Shown: in pieces, positions 1-8,660 of the stretch
Numbering within the stretch: the first letter of the stretch is position 1
Layout: each line of letters opens with the position of its first letter
Sequence record: PP596839.1
Reading direction: 5' to 3' (one strand)
Origin: Pseudomonas phage WP1
Length of the DNA stretch: 64,000 nucleotides
Position numbers and translations under genes: made by a program
Notes under the pieces: generated by a model
What the model was told of the DNA's origin: nothing
Database searches by the model: none
Seen by the model: only the letters and a program-made list of their open reading frames with translations

Positions 1-1
1 A

Positions 2-145
2 AGGAACAGGGCCATCGTCCTGTCGGTCGAACTCTGGCGTGGTGAAGTAACTCTGGAGTTGACCTGCCCGGTCGGCGACTACTGGGAAGACTGGCGCGGG
101 AAATATGTCGAGTACACCAAAGTCGTCCTGATGAAGCGCGACTAA
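2..145 (+). CDS. hypothetical protein, C-terminal fragment (gene starts left of window)
   Basis: frame 2 open from window edge to TAA at 143-145; coding-like composition. Confidence 0.3.
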   Translation, partial: RNRAIVLSVELWRGEVTLELTCPVGDYWEDWRGKYVEYTKVVLMKRD

Positions 146-150
146 CGACT

Positions 151-174
151 AGCCTCTGCCATTCGGTAGAGGCT
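151..174 (+). terminator. stem-loop after truncated ORF (AGCCTCT / AGAGGCT 7-bp stem), weak terminator candidate without U-tract
   Basis: perfect 7-bp inverted repeat with 10-nt loop directly after stop codon. Confidence 0.2.
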
Positions 175-233
175 TCACCATGGGAGATCATTGATCCCCT
201 GACAAAGAACAAACAGCAAATGCTCATTACTGG

Positions 234-512
234 GTGACGGTCAGTCCGACCGACCTGTCAAGCGCGTCGGCCGCGCAGCGACTCTGCGAAACGATCAACC
301 TGAACATGACGCGAGGCGTCGCAGCCTACATCAAGTTCTACGGCTCGAAAGGCGAAGCATTGGTGACGCGAGTCATTCCGCACCAGTGCGAACTCTTCGT
401 GAATGACGAGTCCGGAACGAATCGTCGCCGGACTGCGATGATGATCGAGTACATGCGCTTCAAAGTTCCGGCCGGAATGTCCCTGGTCGAGCATACCAAG
501 CAACCTTACTGA
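234..512 (+). CDS. hypothetical protein (GTG start; in-frame ATG at 306)
   Basis: 92-aa ORF, protein-like composition, same strand as neighbouring early genes. Confidence 0.3.
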   Translation: MTVSPTDLSSASAAQRLCETINLNMTRGVAAYIKFYGSKGEALVTRVIPHQCELFVNDESGTNRRRTAMMIEYMRFKVPAGMSLVEHTKQPY

Positions 513-774
513 GGGCGCATAATGCTATACACCTGGGAAGATCAAGATATCCATAATGGCACTGAAACTGTCGCCTTCGTCGGCGAGGCCAGGTCCAGCT
601 GATCTGATCATCGGATTCAAACTCGGTGATTTGTTCGCCGTTGCCGAAGAGGCCACTGGCCAGGTCGTGGTAAGCCAGCCTGTCTCGGCAAGGGGCGGCG
701 GAGATGGCTGAACCTCAACGGCCAGATCCCTGCCGAGATCATCAGCCACGGCCCTGGTAATCACAAGAACCCGC

Positions 775-1134
775 ATGTCATGGGCAGATTCCATCGCCCT
801 GAAAAGGCTGCCGAACCATCCGACCATGCGCTGCGTCACAACCCCGTTCATGGGCGTCGATCCCGCAGAACCGGGCAACGACACGACGGTTCACTACGAG
901 CCGAAAGAACCGAGCCTTCCCGACCTCCCAGAAGGGCCGATGTCTCCACCAGCTCCGCCCGCGCCTCCAGTGCCGAAAGCGCCAAAAGCACCGCCCGCGC
1001 CTCCGGCACCGCAGGTAAGCAGGCGGCCTGAACCGCTGGGGCTTCGGTCCGGGGCCATCCCGTCCAGTCCGTCGCCCGCGTCGGACAACGATAAGCCCGG
1101 CGACCTGCCTGTCGAGCCGATCCCGACTTTCTGA
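775..1134 (+). CDS. hypothetical Pro/Ala-rich protein (PAPPAPPVPKAPKAPPAPPAP tract)
   Basis: 119-aa ORF; overlaps several alternative-frame ORFs in GC-rich DNA so weak. Confidence 0.25.
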   Translation: MSWADSIALKRLPNHPTMRCVTTPFMGVDPAEPGNDTTVHYEPKEPSLPDLPEGPMSPPAPPAPPVPKAPKAPPAPPAPQVSRRPEPLGLRSGAIPSSPSPASDNDKPGDLPVEPIPTF

Positions 1135-1234
1135 CCATCGCAGCATCGTCCAGAAAACACCGCAGGATAGGCTGCGGTGTTTTCACATCCGACAACCGTT
1201 CGTCGGGTTCGTCATCATTATGCTGAAATAAATG

Positions 1235-1263
1235 TAGACACGCAGCATCGACCTAGGCATAAT
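1235..1263 (+). promoter_or_regulatory. sigma70-like promoter TAGACA-17-CATAAT upstream of 1326 gene
   Basis: -35/-10 hexamers with 17-bp spacer; downstream UTR CCAAAACAGAGGATCGCAAAATGACC nearly identical to UTR at 61596-61626. Confidence 0.35.
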
Positions 1264-1325
1264 CTCTTTCAACGGGGCGACAAACTGAAGCCCGAACGAA
1301 ATCTTCCAAAACAGAGGATCGCAAA

Positions 1326-1679
1326 ATGACCAACTCCATCAAGACCTTCGGCGACATCCAGAACGCAGAAATGAAAGAACTGGTCGCCTTCTACAACGCT
1401 CACAACGCCGATGCGACTGTCAAGCGCTTCTCTGATCGCAAGACCGCCGAGCGTCGCTGCCTCGCCATCCTGAACGCTCTGCCGGCCGAGGAAGAAGCTT
1501 TCCAGGAAGAGGAAGCCCCGGCCAAGGTTTACAAAACCCGCACTTCCAAGAAGAAGGAAGAAGAGAAGGCCGAAGAAGAAAATCTGAAGCCGGAGGAAGA
1601 GGTCACCGAAGAGGAAGCGCTGGAAGAAATCCGGAAGATGCGCGAAGAGGCGAAGAAAGCTCCAGGGAAGGTCAAGTAG
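1326..1679 (+). CDS. hypothetical small protein with Glu/Lys-rich C-terminal tail
   Basis: ATG with AGGA RBS; 117 aa; globular N-half then KKKEEEKAEEE tail. Confidence 0.55.
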   Translation: MTNSIKTFGDIQNAEMKELVAFYNAHNADATVKRFSDRKTAERRCLAILNALPAEEEAFQEEEAPAKVYKTRTSKKKEEEKAEEENLKPEEEVTEEEALEEIRKMREEAKKAPGKVK

Positions 1680-1757
1680 TCCAGAGACCTGTCCGCAGCC
1701 ATCGCCAACTCCTGGAAAGACCCGGAAGTCTCCAAGAAGCGCACCCAGCGTAATGGC

Positions 1758-1941
1758 GTGGCGGTGACCGTCAAAGGGAAGCGCGGTGAGTTCCGGTCCA
1801 CCAGCGCAGCATTCATCGAGTTCGGCCTGCCCTCTTCGAAGCACATCCGCTTCCGCATGGCAGCTGAAGGAGGCCGGCAAGTTGACTTTCGAGCACGAAG
1901 GCGTCAAATACAACTTCGAAATCATCGAAGCTGGAGAATAA
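1758..1941 (+). CDS. hypothetical protein; frame stays open from 1680 after an in-frame TAG and needs a +1 shift near 1855 to reach ...KLTFEHEGVKYNFEIIEAGE*
   Basis: two protein-like segments in frames 3 and 1 joined by single-nt slip at CGCATGGCAGCTG; followed by strong terminator. Confidence 0.35.
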
Positions 1942-1954
1942 GAAGCCCCAGAAG

Positions 1955-1995
1955 AAAGCCCCGGATTCTGAACTAGAGTCCGGGGCTTTGTCGCT
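1955..1995 (+). terminator. rho-independent terminator (AAAGCCCCGGA ... TCCGGGGCTTT then T-rich)
   Basis: perfect 11-bp stem, 13-nt loop, followed by GTCGCTTCTGATCGTTATT. Confidence 0.6.
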
Positions 1996-2110
1996 TCTGA
2001 TCGTTATTGGTCGGCTTCCTAGAACAGCCCTAGAATCGTTTTTCGCCCCCTACCCGCTACCGTCGCCTTAGATCGGTCCGATTCAGGCCTAGAACGATGT
2101 TATTTTATGT

Positions 2111-2440
2111 CTAAATGGGGTTGGCGCGGTCTTCCTCGGTCGGTTCCGGCGTCGGGGACGGGAAATCGCCCTCTTTACCGTCCTGTACATGGCCATTGGC
2201 TTCGGCCGCAGCAGCGACGGTGGCGGTCTGAGCCTCGGCTTCCGATGCGTAGAAGCCTGCCAGTCCGCGACCGACCCTGGTTCTGCCAGGCTCGTCAACG
2301 AACGTGATTTCGGCCAGAACGTTCAGTTCCTTGATGGCAGGTAGACGGCTAGAGTCCTTGACAGTGGGATCGCGAACCACCTGGAGAAGTTCGATGAAGC
2401 GCCGTCTTTGGATTCCACAGATCGGACGTTCTGGTCGCAT
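2111..2440 (-). CDS. hypothetical protein (109 aa)
   Basis: ATG overlaps stop of upstream minus-strand gene (TGAATG); protein-like sequence. Confidence 0.5.
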   Translation of the reverse strand: MRPERPICGIQRRRFIELLQVVRDPTVKDSSRLPAIKELNVLAEITFVDEPGRTRVGRGLAGFYASEAEAQTATVAAAAEANGHVQDGKEGDFPSPTPEPTEEDRANPI

Positions 2441-2650
2441 TCAGCTGGCTTTGAACTGCTTGCGATAGTACGGGTTGGACTCCATCGCGAAGATGCGAGC
2501 CTGGGCCGGCCCGTCCATTGTGCTCTTCGCCCCAGGTCGCCCGGAAGACCCGCCAGGAGCTGTAGCCTTGAACGCGCAGGTCGATGTACAGGTCGAAACG
2601 CTTCTGGTTGATCGCCGCGAACTGCGGATCAGCGAATTCGTGGCGTGACT
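2441..2650 (-). CDS. hypothetical protein, frame-disrupted (…HEFADPQFAAINQKRFDLYIDLRVQGYSSW… then …MDGPAQARIFAMESNPYYRKQFKAS*)
   Basis: two adjacent protein-like segments in different frames on minus strand; no ATG in first segment. Confidence 0.3.
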   Translation of the reverse strand, partial: SHATNSLIRSSRRSTRSVSTCTSTCAFKATAPGGSSGRPGAKSTMDGPAQARIFAMESNPYYRKQFKAS

Positions 2651-2789
2651 AAATCGTCGGGTCTGTAGGATCTGGCGGTCATTTGTTGCTGCGTCCCTGG
2701 AGTTCGATTCTTGGACCGTCGCGGTTGCCTGGCTGTTGATGGGACCTAGTGCTTTGCCGCGACATCTGAGTATGGCGCGATTGTACCAT

Positions 2790-2990
2790 GGGGCCAGGGA
2801 GCATGCTCGATGGGCTGCTGGTGGGTGGCCTGTAGGTATGGGTGGGTTGGATGGTGAATGAGTGTTAGGTGGTGTTATAGGATGTTATATGGGCGGCCTG
2901 CTGGCGGGTGAGGATCGGATTGGTGGGTGGCGGATGAGCGTTTGGATAAAATGTTAAATCGAATGTTAGGAATGTGTCCAGGTGAGCGAT
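2790..2990. repeat. G/T-rich degenerate direct-repeat tract (TGGTGGGTGGC x2 about 95 bp apart, GTTAGG x3, AATGTTA x2); candidate iterons/origin
   Basis: strong strand compositional asymmetry, no ORF, repeated short motifs, lies beside primase-helicase genes. Confidence 0.4.
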
Positions 2991-3590
2991 TCTGCCTTGT
3001 GGCTTAATTCCTGGTTCCGCTCGTCGAGTTTTGGTCCCTGCCGCTTAGTCCGCCGTGGTGTTGCCGCTGCCCATGGTTTGGAAGGACGGAAGTTTCCGGC
3101 GACCCTGCCGCGAGTTGAGCGGAATCGGAAACTTGCCGGGTAATGTACAAGCTTAGCGCCGCGAGGCTTTCAAAGACTAAACTATTCCAAATTCCCAAAT
3201 TCCCATTAATTTTATTAATTTTAAAGATAGGTAACGTCCGTGATAGATTTTTTCTATTAGGATTGTGCAGTCGATTTTCGCTGTAGAATAGTTTTAACCC
3301 ATGCTCGGAAAACCGGGAATTCGGGAAAACGGCCGCAGGCCCGCGCGGCAGTAGGCCTCCCATCTTCCCAGTCAGAATCGCAGTCCAGGAATTTGCGGCT
3401 ATTTCCACACAAAAATCCACCTCAAGCCCACAATTTCTCAGCATTTCACGGAGGATCCAGTCACCATCCATGCCATACCAACGCCGAAAATCTATCAGCT
3501 TCCCATAATACGCCATCGCCACGCCACCCTAATTCCCACATGGCTTTCAAGCCTCACCCGTTCACAAGCTAAATTAATGTTCTCCGCACC

Positions 3591-3615
3591 AGAAAAAGAC
3601 CGCCCGAAGGCGGCC
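3591..3615 (-). terminator. minus-strand rho-independent terminator (GGCCGCC TTCG GGCGGTC TTTTTCT) after gene 3642..5365
   Basis: 7-bp GC stem with tetraloop followed by T-run on minus strand, 25 nt after stop. Confidence 0.45.
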
Positions 3616-3641
3616 TAATCCAGTCCATCTGCATCAGTACA

Positions 3642-5365
3642 CTAAAAATCCTCGCCCAGTATCTTGGCTCGCTCTGCCCGTACTGCTCGAATTTTTGCCA
3701 TGGCAGCCTCATCGGTCATGTCCGGATCGCCCTTTCTCAGCAGGTACACCAGCGCATCATTGAATGGCGGCAGCGTCGTCTGCATGCTTCTTCGACCAGT
3801 CAGGCGCGACCTTATCCACGGCGGCAGGCACCATCCATTCAGGCCGTTCTTATTCGGAATGAATCCCAGCGCTTTCAGGTGTGGAGTTAAATGGCGAGAA
3901 ATCGGCTTCTTCCTGGCGAGAATATCGAACCACTTCAGAATGGAAACGGTGTCTGCCCTCCACCCAGGAAGTCTTGGAATTCTTGCCAGGCTTAACCTCT
4001 TCGAACTCACGACTGATCAGGACATTGATCAGGTACATGTCAGTCGTATCGTCGCGAACCATGCCATCGCGCATTCTCCATTTCCGAAATAGAGAAGTTC
4101 TGGACTTCGCGGTTTGCTTCCGACACCATATTCCAGGTAGCCGTCGACGCCATGCTCTTCGATCCACGGCGCGGCATCTCGGCCATCGCTTGCCAGGATT
4201 TGCGACCGAAGTCGGTGAAGTCCACCTTGAACGGTTCATTGCCATCGCCCGGCTTGACCCAGTCTGGTTTTCCATCCTCATCGGGCAGTTGAGCAGCGAA
4301 CATCGGGTAGAAACGTCGGTTCCCAGAGTCGTCCCGCTGGAGTCCATCGTAGCCGTTGCCGTCCATTATGGTGATCCATTGTCGCTTGATCGTCTCGCCC
4401 GGTTCAGGCTTCCTGGTCGAATGTATCAGAAGACCGCACCAGAGAACTCCTTGATGCGTTCCATGTCGCCCTTTTTGAATCCTGACATTTCCCCGACGTT
4501 CGCAGTAACCGAGTTGCCGGTGATGTTGCGCAGGAATGGCGTCTGGTCATGCCGGCTCAGGTCGAGCTGGACTGGAGCCAGGTCGCGACCGCCCGACAGT
4601 TCCTTGCATGTCAGCAAGCCGAAATAGGATTTACCCGCATCTTGCCCACCAGTCAAAGCCAGAGTAAATCGGGGCCGAAATTCCCGGATAATTGATGCGA
4701 CAGTACAGGCTCAGCCAGAAATACTTGCTCACCATCCGGTTCAGTTCGGTGTCGAATGGCTTAAAAAGATCGATCAGGCAGCGTGCCAGTTCGCTCTTCG
4801 CCGTCCCACTCCGGAATCTTCTTCTCAAACGTCTCGATCAGCGAGTTGCGGCGATATCGACGCGCCCAAACGCAGCAAGTCTCAGTCGTCTTCTTGATCG
4901 AGGGATCGTCCAGGGCCGCAGCCGCGAGGGCGCCCATCAGGTCAGTCGGATCGAGGGTCTTGTTGTTGAACGCCACGCCGCGATGGTCCACCAGCCGGCC
5001 GCGAAACTCATCGAAGTGCGGATGCGGGACGGTTCCATCACCCTTGCAGAACAGGTGTCGTACACCGCTAGATAGTTGCTGTCGGAAGTCGAGCTGTATT
5101 TCGTGATGAAGTCGTCGAACGGCCCTTTCACCACCCGGCTGACCGGAAGATCGAACGCCTGGTCGAGCATCAGCAATCGCGCTCGCTTTCTCAGGCCTGG
5201 TTCCGCATGCGCCTCGGCGTATCTTGCCGCCTTTTGCGCGCGATGCGTTTCGTTCCTCGCAATCGCATCATCGGCCGCCTTGCTCGCGGCGGTCATCAAA
5301 GGGTCCATTCCAGCATCTTCTATCTGCGTGAGATCAAGCTCATCTGGACCCTGATTCGCCATCAT
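3642..5365 (-). CDS. P4-alpha/D5-like primase C-terminal region plus SF3 helicase (Walker A GGQDAGKS), reading frame broken at least 5 times
   Basis: chain of minus-strand ORF fragments (142, 76, 65, 76, 108, 122 aa) that read as one protein when frames are switched; Walker A motif; C-terminal domain typical of phage/plasmid primase family. Confidence 0.5.
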
Positions 5366-5551
5366 CAGAAATATTATCTTCGTCGATAATCATGTTAGGT
5401 TTGCCGCCTTCTGCTTTACATGATCGGATTCAGCATTGCCTCTACATGCTCGAGGCGAAAGGGACGGCTATTATCTCCTACCTAAACCGGCATGGCTAAT
5501 AAGTTCCGCCCCCATCCGAAAATTTCTGTACCGTTCGTCGATTAAAATACG

Positions 5552-5728
5552 TCAGACGCCACGACGAACCAGAACGTCAAAGCAGGAAAGGCCGAAGAAG
5601 AAGCACAGAAGCGACGCGAGGAAGTTTGCGACTTGTATTTTCCATCCCTTTAGGCCTTCGAAGAAGATGATAAGGCCGAGGAACAGCAGGCCGATGGCGG
5701 TAATCAGGATTCCAGGATCGTTTTGCAT
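5552..5728 (-). CDS. small membrane protein (58 aa, two hydrophobic helices)
   Basis: ATG with GAGGAG RBS 7 nt upstream; MQNDPGILITAIGLLFLGLIIFF...; sits between primase modules. Confidence 0.4.
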   Translation of the reverse strand: MQNDPGILITAIGLLFLGLIIFFEGLKGWKIQVANFLASLLCFFFGLSCFDVLVRRGV

Positions 5729-5733
5729 GTTGT

Positions 5734-5976
5734 CTACTCCTCACCGATATGACGGCGGTTGATTCTTTCCAGTTGTTCGACGATATAGGGTAGCACGACT
5801 TCATCCGTGAAGGCCGCCCAAGTCCGGCGATGCTCTTTGCGGCAGGTATCGTGGCCGCAGCCGAACACGTGTTCGTGCTCGGCTCCAGGGATCGGTCCGC
5901 GAAAGTAGGCGCCGAATGGATCGCCATTTGCGTGCTCGTCTCCCCACGGGCAGCGGATGCGGTATTTGCCGGACAT
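5734..5976 (-). CDS. zinc-finger protein (CPWGDEH…FGCGHDTC), probable primase zinc-binding module
   Basis: 80-aa ORF with two Cys/His clusters, located between PrimPol domain and helicase. Confidence 0.5.
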   Translation of the reverse strand: MSGKYRIRCPWGDEHANGDPFGAYFRGPIPGAEHEHVFGCGHDTCRKEHRRTWAAFTDEVVLPYIVEQLERINRRHIGEE

Positions 5977-6044
5977 GGTCCTGTTGGACCTGGCCGCCTG
6001 CTGCTTCGCCCATCTGTATTTCGTGCAGGTGTGCTCGGCATACT

Positions 6045-6809
6045 TCAGCCATCCTGGTCATACACCCAGTCGTCTCGGTTTATCTCCACCTTCTTCATCT
6101 GTGGCATTATGATGCGGACGCCAAAGGCCTGGGCAATCTCTTCCGGCGAGTAGCGCTTGGAATAGTCGGCGCTGTACAGGCGCACGAGTTCGGGCTTGCC
6201 GTTTTCGTCGGCATGTTTGAACTTGCCGTCTTTCCCGCGCTTGTTGTTGAAGCCGAAGGGCATCCGGCCGTAACGGCTGACGTCCTTGACTGTGTTGTCG
6301 CCGCCTTTCTTTAGCACCTGGTCCACAAACGAATAGAGCAGCGCCTTGAACTGGAGCATGTGGGACATCGGCTCTTTGAAGAAATACCAGAACTGGTAGT
6401 TGTTCGGCGAAGTCTCTACAATCGCGGTCGGCTCTAGTCGCTCGCGGAACTCGTCGCGGTCGAAGTCGCCCTTGGACCCTTTGCCTGAGCCGATGTCATC
6501 GACCATCAACGCCAGGCCGTGGCCGAAAGAGGCTTCGCCGCGCCAGTATCGCATCTGGCCGGTCTTCGGGTTGGGCGTCTTGATGGATGACGAGATGCAG
6601 GCGTAGGCGTTGGATCGGGAGTTTATGTATTTCCCTTCCTTCCAGGGCACAGGCCACCAGCCGGCGTTGAGCTTGCGGCCGTTCTCGTCGGTTTGGACTG
6701 TGGCCTCTTCAGCGTAGCCGACCATCACCCGTTCGTCGTCTGGAATCCCTCGGCCGAGTTCGCGCAGGAACTCTTCGGCCTGGGCCAGTCTTATTTCGTG
6801 AGGCTTCAT
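6045..6809 (-). CDS. DNA primase, PrimPol/AEP-like N-terminal domain
   Basis: 254-aa ORF with acidic hhhDhD-like motif LALMVDDIGSG and aromatic-rich NYQFWYFF segment typical of bifunctional primase-polymerase domains of phage/plasmid primases. Confidence 0.55.
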   Translation of the reverse strand: MKPHEIRLAQAEEFLRELGRGIPDDERVMVGYAEEATVQTDENGRKLNAGWWPVPWKEGKYINSRSNAYACISSSIKTPNPKTGQMRYWRGEASFGHGLALMVDDIGSGKGSKGDFDRDEFRERLEPTAIVETSPNNYQFWYFFKEPMSHMLQFKALLYSFVDQVLKKGGDNTVKDVSRYGRMPFGFNNKRGKDGKFKHADENGKPELVRLYSADYSKRYSPEEIAQAFGVRIIMPQMKKVEINRDDWVYDQDG

Positions 6810-7258
6810 GCAAGTCGCTCCGGGCGCCCCTTGCGTCGAGGCACTTCCACAGACTGTCGCGCAGCACTCGCCTTTCTGGCGGAGTTTAGGCCATCTTCGT
6901 GGACCCGGCTCCAGGCTTCCATTATCTTGTGCTGCCGCGCCTTTTCGAGCGCCGGGGGAATCTTCGCATCATCGATGCCGCGCACCCACAATCGAGCATC
7001 AGGAACGTCGCCAGGTCCAGGAGGTTGTTCTCATTTCCCTTCAGCGCATGTTCGGCGAATCCGTTGATCAGAACATCTTCGTCGCAGTCGATCCAGCCGC
7101 CTCGGCCCTTATCGCGGGATCGCTGCAGCTTCTGGCGGATCGCCGTTGCGAACATTGGACAGGGCATACTCGTCCTGAGCTTCGGGTTTTGCCTTCCTGA
7201 GAACGTCGAGGCTGGTCATGACGACTCCATCTACTGGTGAAGGTTTCTTCGGTTCCAT
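6806..7258 (-). CDS. hypothetical protein, frame-disrupted
   Basis: segments MEPKKPS…, MPCPMFATAIRQKLQRSRDKGRGGWIDCDEDVLINGF… and …IDDAKIPPALEKARQHKIMEAW… in three frames; stop overlaps ATG of 6045..6809 (ATGA). Confidence 0.35.
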
Positions 7259-8431
7259 TACACAGGCTCCTTGCTAGTCGCGGCGTTGATGTACGCATCC
7301 AGCAGCTTCTGCGTATCAGCTCGGGCGACGCCATTGTACAGTAGCGCCATTACGGCATAATGCATCGCTTCCGTCTCGCGAACCGGGATCAGGGCATAAC
7401 CCTCTGGCGCGCCGTACCGAGACTTGGCGACCGCCAGCGCTTCGTTGAGCCGGAATCCTTCGCGTACCCAGTCCGTCAGCTTCCCTTCCAGCTCAGCGAC
7501 CCTGGCCAGAGCAGCATCGCGCTCCAGGACGATCTTCTGGGCGGCCTTGATGCTGGCATTGTCGCCGATGAACTAACAGCTTGCCGTCGCCGTCGCCTAC
7601 GCCCATGGTACATTCGTAGGTCGGCCGCTCCGCCTCTGCCTGCGCCGGTGAGGGTTGCGCCAGGGCATCGCGTTCCGCCTTATAACGGCAATAAGCATGG
7701 CCGTATTCATCGCCGACCACGCCGTCACAATAGCTCGCGGCCAGTTCGCTCCCGCGCTTTTCTGATTCGCCGAGTTTTTTCTCCAGCTCGATCGACCCTG
7801 GCCAGAGCAGCATCGCGCTCTTTGCGCATTCCATCCCAGGCCGCGAGGTGCTGCCGGGCCTGCTCTGCCAAGTAATCGCGATCAGCCCGCAGCTCCCCGA
7901 CGATGCTGTCGCACTCGGCGACCGTTGTAAGAGCTTCGGGGTCTTTCAATCCATGGTCCTGCTCATAGACCATTCCCGACTCCCCCGCTGCGATACCCAG
8001 CCACTGCCGGCCTCTTCACAGTCTGCCTTCGCAAGGTCTGGTCGCTTCAGCAGCTCGTTAACGCAGGCGTCGCGCTCTTCCTTGCTGCTGCACCCAGGCG
8101 GGTTGTTCTGCCCGTCTTCATGGCCCCATTCGTAAGCTTCGCTCAGCCTCTTCTTCTCTGCATTCTCGGCCTGCGACGCTTCCGGTTCGCTCCAGCGCTT
8201 TTCCGATTCTTCAAGTTCCTTTTCAAGCCGGATGCTGGTTTCAGTAACTTCGGCGAGCCGATTCACATCGGTCTTTTCGAACTTGGGAGCGCATTGAGGG
8301 CAGTCCTCAAGGTGTCGCTGCGGCTCGTCGCTGATCCACACCTGGCCGCTACCATTACAAATGGTGCATTTTCCATCGAAGTAAAGTTTGACCGATGCCA
8401 GTGCAGGCGGCGCACTTCCGAAGAATCTCAT
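7258..8431 (-). CDS. coiled-coil / zinc-ribbon protein(s) (CTICNGSGQ…CPQC), frame-disrupted; carries 27-bp internal direct repeat
   Basis: N-terminal Cys4 ribbon, long Glu/Arg/Ala-rich helical region, C-terminal …LLDAYINAATSKEPV*; TAATG overlap with next gene. Confidence 0.4.
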
Positions 8432-8587
8432 TTTCAGCGAAATCGATTCCCGCCTTGGTTAGCATCCATTCAGCCCTGATGCGGCCGGTCCCTGCCCAGT
8501 TTTCGAACTCTTGCGCCTTTACATGGCCCACTGTCGAAGTTCATTTAGCGCCTTATTATTGGGACCGGTGAATGGCGGTTGGTTGGG

Positions 8588-8609
8588 ATTGTTGTACAAA
8601 TACAACAAT
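8588..8609. promoter_or_regulatory. perfect inverted repeat ATTGTTGTA-CAAA-TACAACAAT (operator candidate) upstream of minus-strand gene starting at 8431
   Basis: 9-bp arms, 4-bp spacer, in 230-bp intergenic region. Confidence 0.3.
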
Positions 8610-8660
8610 GCAGTTTTATGGTGGTGATTCAGAGTCGGTTTATTGTTCATGCCAATCACC

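Noticed and set aside
2684-2700. GAGTTCGATTC resembling a tRNA T-arm
   Set aside because: No acceptor stem, D-arm or anticodon arm can be folded around it. Isolated chance match.
3004-3522. 172-aa minus-strand ORF
   Set aside because: It runs straight through the AT-rich AATTCCCA repeat tract and the shared about 60-bp regulatory element. The C-terminal two-thirds is low-complexity and not protein-like. At most the first about 75 codons could be real.
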